A stretch of DNA of 63,763 bases, the filler included, from Chiloscyllium plagiosum (Eukaryota): the NCBI RefSeq assembly GCF_004010195.1. It is 5 parts of one record of this genome, joined end to end, with 100 filler letters (N's around TTAATTAATTAA, not from the genome) between each part and the next. Parts side by side here need not be neighbours in the genome. Positions count along the whole stretch, not along the records: positions 1 to 19,546 come from NC_057711.1; positions 19,647 to 46,181 come from NC_057711.1; 3 more parts are not named here. One strand, 5' to 3'. Positions within the stretch are counted from its first letter, which is position 1, and every line of letters starts with the position of its first letter. The position numbers and the translations under genes are program-made. The notes below the pieces were generated by a model. The model did no database searches. It had not been told where the DNA came from and was given only the letters and a program-made list of their open reading frames with translations. Shown here piece by piece: positions 14,752 through 24,201 of this stretch.

Positions 14752-14934
14752 CTCTTCATGTTCTGACAACGGTCTTGGTGATGATTGGAAAGGCAGGTAT
14801 CACCATATCCTTCGCCATTGTCTACGTTTTCTCTGCTGAGTTATATCCAACTGTGGTGAGAAACATGGGGATTGGAATATGTTCCATGGGATCCCGAGTT
14901 GGCAGCATAATCTCCCCATATTTTGTTTATCTTG
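14752..14934 (+). CDS. slc22a5: SLC22A4/5-like exon equivalent to exon 8 (183 bp)
   Basis: ttttacAG|CT...CTT G|GTaagt; phase joins previous exon; [60 protein letters not shown] with the SLC22 signature ELYPTxxR. Confidence 0.93.
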
Positions 14935-15554
14935 GTAAGTGAAGGGTTGAAAATGTATTGACTGCATTTCTTAAAGAGCTAAAAATGTGGACAGTTTGAA
15001 AATTTGACAAAATGTTGAGCACATCAGGAAGGTACTAGCAATAGAACTTGGAGTATTTTGCTGGGAACACCCTGGGAACTGCTCCTGATTAACCACAATA
15101 CCTTTATGTTGGGGCAGAAATAATGGTCACCAAACAGTTCTGAGGAAATTCTCAGCCACCCATTCACTTTTATTTCATATAAACCTATTGGACAAACAAA
15201 AATTACATTGAAATTGACATGTGTATGATCTGTCACATCACGTGTATTATAATTGTCATGCCACACTGCAGGTCAACATTTTACATCAAACCACACTTCT
15301 TGCTTTGGACTGACATTAATATTGTACTTAAAATCAACCGCTAAGCACCATTTATAAAATAAGAGGTACAAAGATGAAATTGTACGGTAAGATGCTAGGT
15401 AAACAAAAATAAGGATAATAATTAGATATATAAAGGAATTGATCATGCAGATGTGTTCAGTGGAAGCTACCAAGAAAGTAAAAGACATGAAAGGAAAGCC
15501 ATCAAATCACAGCAAATAATTTTTTAAAATCCTTTTGCCCTTCATTTAGATCGT

Positions 15555-15740
15555 GGGCGGCACGGTGGCACAATGGTTAGCACTGCTGCCTCACAGCGCT
15601 AGAGACCCAGGTTCAATTCCCGCCTCAGGCGACTGACTGTGTGGAGTTTGCACGTTCTCCCCGTGTCTGCGTGGGTCGGGGCGGTGTGGACTTGTTGGGC
15701 CGAAGGGCCTGTTTCCACACCGTAAGTAATCTAATCTAAT
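15555..15740 (+). mobile_element. HE1-like SINE with internal deletion
   Basis: tRNA head (GGTTCAATTCC) joined directly to the 3' tail ending (TAATC)n. Confidence 0.8.
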
Positions 15741-16129
15741 TTCTCCAAAGAGTTGAACACTTGTTGCCAGGAAGTGGCTGTGGCAATGCCTATGGGCGGC
15801 TTGAGTTTTAGCACATGCAAGTTTCCACACTCAGTAGATTTAGCTGAACAGTGGCAAGGTAAAGGAGACAGTTCCTGACATGTAAGCTCTTGATACATTT
15901 ATAAAACACATTGGCTGGCATTTAACACTCCAATGCTGGCTGGGCGTAGAGGGGCAGGGCGGTGAGCTCACCTGAAATGGCCCTGGAAGTCACTGCGAAA
16001 ACGTTACGGTCATCAGGCAAATAGTTTCCAGCCCTTTGGAGCAACATGTCCTGCCACTTAGCTGCTGGTTGAGCTGAGTTTCCACAGCTCTTCAGTTCCT
16101 GCCCTGCACCTGGAGAGGACTGAGACAGA

Positions 16130-16306
16130 AAGATGCTGGAATCCAAAGTAGACCGGCAGGAGGCTGGAAGAACATAGCAAGCTAGGCAGCATCAGGAGGT
16201 GGAGAAGTTGATGTTTCAGGTGTAACCCTTCTTCAGAAACGTCGACTTCTACAGCTCCCGATGCTGCCTGGCTTGCTGTGTTCTTCCAGCCTCCAGCCTG
16301 TCTACC
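16130..16306. repeat. Penelope terminal-repeat-derived inverted repeat
   Basis: Arms ggaggctggaagaacatagcaagctaggcagcatc / gatgctgcctggcttgctgtgttcttccagcctcc. Confidence 0.7.
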
Positions 16307-17105
16307 AGAAGTGGATGGGAAAGAGATAGGTCCCAGACAAGAAACAGCAGTGGAGGCCCAGAGTAAATCTGATAGGTAGGCCCACTGGGGGTGGGGCATG
16401 TTGGATGGTGGGCAAAAATATTGGAGAGATGGGAACAATGAACTTGCAAATAATGTTTAATGGTGCATAAATATGAAAAGAAACACGGTATAAGTCCTTT
16501 CTTCCCTTTTCTGATTATTCCTGTGTTCCAATCCAAAGACCTCAGCAGTGCAAGAGGCAATGAGCAGGCTACTGGTACCCTTGCTTTGATTGAGATACTG
16601 TTGGATGGCATTTGGGTTTTGAAGGCCCTTGTGTCAGGGCAGACTATGACCATGGGTCCCAGAGAATGAGGGAGGGTGTGGAGGAGACCAGGAGAGGAAA
16701 TGCTTTCAGCAGAGTTCCAGTTCCATTTCCTCTTTCTGGATTTGTCCTCTCAAGGTGTACCAAGTCTTGCAAATTGCAAGATGGTAGTGCAATAGACTTG
16801 CCCATTCTATCTGCTTTTCTTCCTTTTCTTAATCCTTCTTTTCTCATTTTTTCTTGCCTTTTTTTAGTTTTAGTATTTTTAATTTTTTACTGATTTACCT
16901 TCTGGAGAGAGGTAGTGGTGGTAGTGGGTTCTCTACACTAAGTTTGCGCATTTTCCCTGTGTCTATGTGGGTTTCCTCACATAGTCCAAAGATGTGCAGG
17001 TAAGGTGAATTGGTGGAGCTAAATTGTCCATAATGTCTAGGGATATGCAGGCTAGATGGATTAGCCATAGGATATGTAAGGATTGGGTGAGATGCTCTTT
17101 GGAGC

Positions 17106-17685
17106 TGTTAGCGCAGATGAAATGATATCAGTCCGAGCCCAGAGTGCAGTTCAACAATCGGTAACGTTTATTACTGCAGTAACGCCGGCGGAGATCAACC
17201 GAGGTCCGAATCTCGGCTGCTCTACTGTTCCCGCGCGCAGCTTCATATTATATATTTTTAGACGTCAGGATGTGTGGGATTTGAGGATGAATGGGATGAT
17301 AGTTCCCCATCATCACTGGAGTTGGTGTGTATTGGTCTGTCTGTACCTGTCTGGTGGATGCCTGTCCTTTGTGTCAGAATGGCTCCGTATCGATGGGTAT
17401 GTGTGTGTTTCAGTCAGTCTCTTGAAGTGATTAGGAGATGGGTTTCCATATTTAATTAATTCCGGAGTTTTGGCCCATGAGTCATGGGTAATGTTGGTCT
17501 AGTGTGGATTCTTTCTGTCCTCTGTCTCCTATCTCCCAGTCACGTGGTCGGACCGGCAGCTGCTGAGGTTTTGTGGGTTTTAAAGCTGCGACTGCTGTTT
17601 AAAACACAAAAATGAATTCTTATTGTTTCCTGATGTAGGCATAGTCCCGTTGCAAATACGAGGGGGGCTCTGATGCCCGCTTGCA
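17106..17685 (-). repeat. 3' LTR (580 bp)
   Basis: TG..CA termini; on the minus strand TATATAA at 17254-17248 and AATAAA at 17172-17167; both ends match 20942-21478. Confidence 0.9.
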
Positions 17686-17687
17686 GT

Positions 17688-17697
17688 CCCCCCTTTC
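17688..17697 (-). promoter_or_regulatory. Polypurine tract
   Basis: Minus strand GAAAGGGGGG, then AC, then the TG of the 3' LTR. Confidence 0.85.
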
Positions 17698-17820
17698 GGC
17701 AAGGGGTTGGACACGTCCACACCCCCTATGCCGATATTTTAAAAGTCGGTTCCTCACCCGGTACATTCCGCCGGCCATCATGCTGCAGTCATGGGGCCTT
17801 TGGATAGTCCCGGGAGAAGG

Positions 17821-19544
17821 TTACATTAACTCGAGCCCTGTGAGCTCACGGTGCCTGATCGCCCGCCAGGAGTCGATGGCGTGGAGCATGGTCTTCCTGG
17901 CCTTTCGTTTCTTGTGCTGAAGGCATGAATGACACGCTACCAGGAGCCAGGCCAGAGCCAGCAGTAATTGTATGCCTACAATGGTGTGCGAGATGATTCG
18001 GATCCAGGGATGTATGTTTACGTTTACGCCCCAATCCCACACCCTCTGCGCCCACCCCTGGGACTGCAGAGCTGTGTCTGTGTCCTCCTCTAGGTCCTTT
18101 ACATGCGACTGCAACTGGTGATACAATTCCACTGAGTGTCCTACCCGGGTCCTCAGCTCCCGTAAGACCTCAGCCAAATGTGGGATGGGGGCTTGTTCAG
18201 GCTCCTGATATTTCCTGAGGGTGTCCCTGAATTTATCAGTAATTTGTATGGACTCGGGGTTCCGTCGTCGGACCTCTGAGATGTGAGCTTGCCCAACTGT
18301 GACTGGGTGCCTTGGGGTGAAGCAGAACTCGTGCCGGGGAATCGGGCACTGCAGTCCATTATACCAAAATGAGGTTTCAAGAGTGGAGACACAGTATCGT
18401 CCCCCCCCACCATATCCCTAGTGAAGTGGGGGCCCGTGGGTTCGATTTCAAGGGTGCAACCCTGTGTCCGGTTGAACCCGCAGTCCGCTGTTTCACTCCT
18501 TCGTAAGGGGTGAGGGCAGATGGTAATCGCCCCTCGCTGCTTGCAGCCTGTAAGCGGCACCCCGTACACAGCGCCGTTTCGAGATATGGCTGTGTGGTGA
18601 GCTAATCGATATTTGAGGGAAGCGTTTTCCCGTATGACTCCGATGTTCTCAATGTGAAACAGGGGAAATGGCCCCGACTCTGGGGTGACCACGGGGATCA
18701 GGAGGACAATCCCGACTCCTGTCGCCTCACTGACCTCACAGTCGGGAACCACTGGGTATACTCTGGTCATACCCTTCAGAGTCCGGCTGTCGAGCGGCCC
18801 GGAGCGCCCCGCGAGTGAGGCCAATTTGGCACTGTTGATCCAGTCGGGCACCTCCCCCCTTTGGACCTGGTCAAGATTATGCCGGATCTGGGCTACCATC
18901 CACAGGCCATACGCATGGCACAGCTGCCCCTCGTTGGTATGGGCCGTGTTTTCTCTTTCCCGGTCTATAAGGCGGTTAATGGTGTGGGCGTGCGTTTCCA
19001 GGACTGCAATGCCATCGAGCTGGATGTACGCTCCCTCTTCCCCCAGGTGTGCCTGGTCTGCCTGATCTGTGAGAGACCTCTGTAGCAGGTCCCTTATTAC
19101 CCCTTTTAGTTGCTCGACCTTTTCGTTAAGGCCCTGAATGTCTAGGGAGTTTACTACGGATGTTCCCGTGTTGAGTCCTGTGAGAGCATTGTTGACTATG
19201 TCCCGTCTGTGTCGTTGTGTGTGCTTGTTATGTATATCATTTTGGTAGTGGGTTGCCCCCATGGCGTCTATGGCCCTCTCTATAACCTCCTTCCCCATCA
19301 TGGCGTATAGGTTGCGAACCTGTGCTGTGCAATAGTCCGGTACCCGGATGCCCGATATATTGACCAGCACAGGCACGACCTCATGTCGGACGTTGTCATA
19401 AAGGGCTTCTCCCTCATCCCACAATACCAGTCCCCCCGCGGGCCCCGGTCCCAGAGAGGGGCATAGCAATATCTCGGGAGTCGTGGTCGGGGGCGGTGTG
19501 GTCGGGGCGGGTGGAAAGCACAAATACAAAGAGACTACCGCGGC
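17821..19544 (-). pseudogene. env: Env/class I fusion glycoprotein with paramyxo/pneumovirus F-like topology; one frameshift at about 18401-18420; start lies in gap
   Basis: Hydrophobic signal end AAVVSLYLCF, Pro/Thr stretch, furin site RHRR (19214-19203), heptad IQGLNEKVEQLKGVIRDLL, Cys-rich region, HR2 LAEVLRELRTRVGHSVELYHQLQSHVKDL, Trp-rich segment, TM IISHTIVGIQLLLALAWLLVAC, basic stop-transfer KKRKARK; sequons NIS, NAS, NRT. Confidence 0.85.
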
Positions 19545-19646
19545 ATNNNNNNNNNNNNNNNNNNNNNNNNNNNNNNNNNNNNNNNNNNNNTTAATTAATT
19601 AANNNNNNNNNNNNNNNNNNNNNNNNNNNNNNNNNNNNNNNNNNNN

Positions 19647-20003
19647 CCAGTCCCAGGTGGGGGACGGCGGGGTGCTGGGTGCATCGGTTAAGGTCGGTAA
19701 AACCGTACGGGCAGCAAGCGCCTGGGCTTCTAGATGCTCCGTGGCCTGCTGCTTCTTGTCTTGGACATAGAGCTGAACCTTGCCAGCAAGCCTGACGTGT
19801 GCCTGCAGCTCCAAGACGCAAGCTTTCTCGTACCTATCTTTCTTCTGGCGGGCCCACCACTCGCGCTGTACATCCAGCGGGTCAGTGGGCTCTCAGCCTG
19901 AGCGAAGCATAGCCTTAATAAGTGTCTTATTCTTGTCGGCTCTAAAATGGGTAAGGGAACCCTCTGGCCCCCAATCTAGGTCTTCGGCCGTGCTCCAACC
20001 CAT
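19647..20003 (-). pseudogene. Gag-position ORF N-terminus with one in-frame TGA (19895-19893), runs into gap
   Basis: Kozak ACCATGG at 20003; MGWSTAEDLDWGPEGSLTHFRADKNKTLIKAMLRSG*EPTDPLDVQREWWARQKKDRYEKACVLELQAHV...PSTPPSPTWDW; assigned as gag by position only. Confidence 0.55.
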
Positions 20004-20880
20004 GGTAGGGGCGCAGCGGGTGTAACTTAACAGAAGCTAATTTAAAATAAAGCTAGCAGGCTTGCTAGGGATGTCGCTGGCACTGGCTTATTAATCTCCC
20101 AGTCGGGGAGTCCACCCCCTTCAAGTCGAACCCTAGCCCCGCGGGTCAATCTGGGCAGGGGTGGGGATAGTTACAGACGGGGCGCGTGTCGATTCCCGAG
20201 CGCGCAACCCCGGGTTTCCGTGAGTCTCTCTCTCACTGCCTGAGGTTCAGCGGCCGTGTGTACCCCACAAATACTGGGTGTGAACCAGGGGCCCGAGTGC
20301 AAGGAGGGGGGGGCGTGAAGTCAGACCTAACCGCACCTGATCCTACAGAGGCCAATACCTCGGGACCGTGAGGTCAATGGGCAGAGCGTATAACCGCCGG
20401 TTGGCCCAAAGGCACCGCGTCTCAGGCTGGTTTGGAGGACTTCCCTTCTTGTAGCGCGTAGACCTCCTAGCCTCTACCGCGTACGCAAGGAAGGCGCTAA
20501 AACCGGGCTCAACGTACAATGGGGTCCCCTAACTCCCACTGCAGTGGTCAACCAGGAAGGCTTGTTGGGTCAGTTTTTAAACAGGGGGGGTCAATCTGTC
20601 GGGGTCTTGTACCTAAAGTTGTCGGTCCAAGGATAGTCCGTCAGTCACAGTAGCACATTGACAATAAATGACAATAATAATCACGCACACTTTTACTAGT
20701 GTTCCGCGACCCCAATCGCCCACCCGCGAAGGATCACTCACACACACATACTTTTAAAGAGTACTCTACCGTTACACGACTGCCGGACTCACTCTGTTCA
20801 CAGGTTCAGATAACGGCCGGCAGTGAAGACCCTTGCGGGGCACTGGGAGACTTTTACGCGAGAAGTAAAAGAGTAAAGAT

Positions 20881-20888
20881 ACTCACCC
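20881..20888 (-). promoter_or_regulatory. Candidate major splice donor of the provirus
   Basis: GG|GTGAGT about 35 nt downstream of the PBS-like site, the usual position of the donor for spliced env mRNA. Confidence 0.6.
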
Positions 20889-20920
20889 AGTGCCGTCGCA
20901 GGGATCCAGCAGCCGTCGTT

Positions 20921-20939
20921 AACCAGGACGAAGCCACCA
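20921..20939 (-). promoter_or_regulatory. Primer-binding-site-like sequence
   Basis: LTR ...CA, AT spacer, then TGGTGGCTTCGTCCTGGTT; imperfect similarity to the tRNA-Pro PBS TGGGGGCTCGTCCGGGAT; tRNA identity uncertain. Confidence 0.6.
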
Positions 20940-20941
20940 AT

Positions 20942-21478
20942 TGTTAGCACGGATGAAATGATATCAGTCCGAGCCCAGAGTGCGGTTCAACAATCGGTAA
21001 CATTTATTACTGCAGTAACGCCGGCGGAGATCAACCGAGGTCCGAATCTCGGCTGCTCTACTGTTCCCGCGTGCAGCTTCATGTTATATACTTTTAGACG
21101 TCAGGATGTGTGGGATTTGAGGATGAATGGGATGATAGTTCCCCATCATCACTGGAGTAGGTGCGAATAGGCTGTTTCCTGCCGTCCCAGGAGAGTTGCA
21201 GGGCACGCACAATAGGGTGCTAATTGGTTTATGTAAAACGGGTCCGGGTATTATCTGCTTGTCTCTCTCTGTGAGGGCAGGGGCTAGCACCCCNNNNNNN
21301 NNNNNNNNNNNNNNNNNNNNNNNNNNNNNNNNNNNNNNNNNNNNNNNNGGCAGCTGCTGAGTTTTTGTGGGTTTTAAAGCTGCGACTGCTGTTTAAAACA
21401 CAAAAATGAATTCTTATCGTTTCCTGATGTAGGCATAGTCCCGTGGCAAATGCGGGGCGGCTCTGATGCCCGCTTGCA
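20942..21478 (-). repeat. 5' LTR (contains 55-N gap 21294-21348)
   Basis: By hand, about 7 differences in 217 bp (U5/R/TATA side) and about 6 in 130 bp (distal U3) versus the 3' LTR; central U3 unrelated. Confidence 0.88.
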
Positions 21479-21681
21479 GTGGGTTGATGTGGTCTTGATG
21501 GGCCAAATGGCCTGTTTCCACACAGTAGGGAATTTATGATTCTAAGTCATAACCTGACCTGAATGGTACCCTCTTTGAGAACAAAATTTGCATTATTAAC
21601 ATATTTATGAAACTCATTTGCTACTTTGCAACTGAAATTGCACTTTTGGCAATTTGTAAATCTCTTTCCTGTGTCTTTCAG

Positions 21682-21817
21682 GGACGTATGACAGGTTGTT
21701 GCCTTTCCTGCTTATGGGCAGTTTCATTTTATTGGCAGGAAGTTTCTGTTTACTCCTACCTGAGACACGTGACCAACCTCTTCCTGAAAATGTGCAGCAG
21801 GTACAGCCAGTCACATG
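21682..21817 (+). CDS. slc22a5: SLC22A4/5-like exon equivalent to exon 9 (136 bp)
   Basis: tctttcAG|GG...ACA TG|GTaaga; GTYDRLLPFLLMGSFILLAGSFCLLLPETRDQPLPENVQQVQPVT with the LPET..QPLP motif; absent from the ORF track in this frame. Confidence 0.92.
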
Positions 21818-21949
21818 GTAAGACAATTGTCAGAAATGGGTGTCTGTTGTAATGTGACCTGTAGGTTTGCTTAACAGTCTCAAATATTAATAATAGGCAA
21901 TGGAACACAGTATCAAGATATTTATTTTAGTTTTTGAACATAGAATAAA

Positions 21950-23680
21950 CAGGAACTTTTTAAACATACATTAAAAACAAGAGGATAACTACGGAGAAGG
22001 TAGGAGCACTGAAGCATAAAGGAGGGAACTTGTGTTTGGAGGTAGAGGATTTGGGTGAGTTCCTAAGTAGGTAGTTTGCATCAGTATTCACTCAGAGAAG
22101 GACATGGAGGATATTGAAATTAGTGTGGAGTATGCTAATTAGCTAGGGATTTTTAGATCAAGAAAGAAGTGGTGTTGGATCTCTTGAAGAGCAATAAGGT
22201 GGATAAGTTCCCAGAGCCTGATGGTATCTACCCCAGTTTATTGAGAGAGGCAAGAAAGGAGATTGCTGGAATCTTGACCAAAATCTTTGTATCCTTGTTA
22301 GCTACTGGAGAGGTCCCAGAGGTAGTTAATGTTGTTCCTCTATTCAGGAAGGGAAATAGGGATAATCCAGGAAACTGTAGACTGGTGAGTCTCATATCAA
22401 TAGTTGGGAAGTTATAGGAAAGAATTCTTAGAGGTTGGAAAAGAATGGTTTAACCATGGATATTGAACATGGCTTTTTGCAGTGCAGGTCATGGCTCACT
22501 AACGTGATTGAATTTTTTGATGAGGTGACGAAGGTGATTGATGATGGTACAGTAGTGAATGTTGTCTGCATGGATTTTAGTAAGGTTTTGACAAGATCCC
22601 TCATGATCGGCTCTTCCAAAAGGTTAAGATGCATGGGATCCATGGTGACTTGGCCATGTGGATTCAGAATTAGCTTGCTCATAGAAGGCAGAGGATAGTG
22701 GGGAAAGGTTGTTTTTCAGGCTGGAAGTCCATGACTAGTGGTGTTCCACAAGGATCTATACTGGGGCCTCTACTGTTTTTGATATATATAAATGATTTGG
22801 ATGAAAATGTAGATGGGTGAATTAGTAAGTGCAGACGATACAAATATTGGTGGAGTTGTGGATAGCATAGGTGGTTATCAAAGAATACTGCGGGATATAT
22901 ATATGGGCAGAGAAATGGCAAATGGACTTTGAGAGATCAAATATTATGAAAAAGTATACAGTTAATGACAAGACCCTGAACAGCACTGATGTACAGAGGG
23001 ATCTTGGGGTTCTTGTCCATGGTGTCCATTCAAGTAGATAGGGTGATAAAGAGGGGATATGGCATGCTTGCCTTTATTGGTCGTGGAATTGAGTCTAAGA
23101 GTCAGCAAGTCAGGTTGCAGTTTTATAAGGCGTTAGTTAGTCCACACTTAGAGTACTGTGTTCAATTCTGATCGCCACATTATAGTAAGGATATGTAAGC
23201 TTTGGAAAGGTACAGAAGAGGTTTACCAGGATGCTGCCCAGATAAGAGTTTAAACTATAAGAAGACACTAGAAAAACTTGGGTTGTTTCGCTGGAGTGGC
23301 GAAGGCTGAGGGGAGACTTGATAGAAGTCTATAAAATGATGAGATGCATAGATAGGGTTGGCAGTCAGAATCTTTTCCCAGAGTTGAACTGTCTAAAACT
23401 AGGGGCATGCATTTAAGGTGAGAGGGGGTAAGATGTCAGGGGCAAGTTTTCTACACAGAGAGTAATAGGAGTGTTGAACCCGCTGCCAAGGGTGATAGTG
23501 GAGGCAGATATGATAGTGTCATTTAACAGACTTTTAGATAAGCATATGACTATGCAAGGAATGGAGAGATATGGACCAAGGGCGGGCAGAGTGGATTTGT
23601 TTAATTTGGTATCATCTTCTGCACAACATCGTGGGCCAAAGGTTCCTTGCTGTACAGTTCTTTGTTCAATTTTCTATGTT
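21950..23680 (+). mobile_element. 5'-truncated, decayed CR1 LINE
   Basis: KFPEPDGIYPSLLREA, VVPLFRKG, CMDFSK, SPHLEYCVQF; multiple frameshifts. Confidence 0.85.
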
Positions 23681-23975
23681 CAAAACAAGCCCAACTATGG
23701 CAACTTGTACTTAGACGTTAATTGATGCTGCTGATATTAATCTAGGTTATAGATTGTCTTATTGAACATAGTTGGGGTTCCCACAAGCATGCTGATGAAT
23801 ACTTACTTGATGAATTCCGCATACCCTGAGCACAGTTTAGTAGCAAGCTGAACATGCTTGTCTTCGTGTGAAAAGCAAGCCAAATGCTTATTACGTTTAT
23901 TTTAGTGTGAATGTAGGAATGAATTAATGTGTTTTAGTTGTGAAATGTCTTTGATAACTTCCTTTCTTCCTTAAG

Positions 23976-24108
23976 CTCCTGCTGTCCTGTTGGTTTCCAT
24001 CATTCTGCAGCTAATTCTACAAAGACACCCACACCTCAGGAAGTGCAAGTTCAGAACAACAGTGTTTACTTCTTGCCCGACAGCCAGCTGGACCAACCTA
24101 TGGAATGA
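23976..24108 (+). CDS. slc22a5: Probable terminal coding exon of the SLC22 gene
   Basis: Pyrimidine tract cttcctttcttccttaAG|C; phase 2 matches previous exon; (C)SCCPVGFHHSAANSTKTPTPQEVQVQNNSVYFLPDSQLDQPME*; no homology support because the tail is variable. Confidence 0.7.
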
Positions 24109-24195
24109 GGCTAGCTAGTACTCATCTTGTGCAAGTAGGTACACATTCTTCTCAGCCCTATTTTTTATGATTGCCAAGATGGACAACTACATTGC

Positions 24196-24201
24196 AATAA
24201 A
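24196..24201 (+). terminator. Candidate polyadenylation signal
   Basis: AATAAA 88 nt after the stop, with T-rich sequence downstream. Confidence 0.45.

Larger units (their letters stand above)
17106..21478 (-). mobile_element. Endogenous retrovirus-like provirus with F-type env (lokiretrovirus-like), internal assembly gap
   Basis: Two TG...CA LTRs, PBS-like TGG site, PPT, splice donor, gag-position ORF and env ORF; GC/CpG-rich relative to flanks. Confidence 0.88.
16940..21545 (+). mobile_element. HE1-like SINE split by the provirus (16940-17105 and 21479-21545)
   Basis: Left part ends gatgctctttggagc, right part resumes gtgggttgatgtggtcttgatgggccaaatggcctgtttccacac, contiguous in the family pattern ...ctctttggagggtc(g/a)gtgtggacttg... 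Confidence 0.8.

Noticed and set aside
18153..18400. C-terminus of the 458-aa ORF as called (DTVSPLLKPHFG...SYGS)
   Set aside because: Out-of-frame read-through after the frameshift; the alternative frame (GGRYCVST...) joins the TM-containing ORF
19547..19646. TTAATTAATTAA centred in 100-bp N blocks (also 46182-46281, 54300-54399, 62521-62620)
   Set aside because: Artificial scaffold spacer with stops in all six frames; not biological, and true gap sizes are unknown
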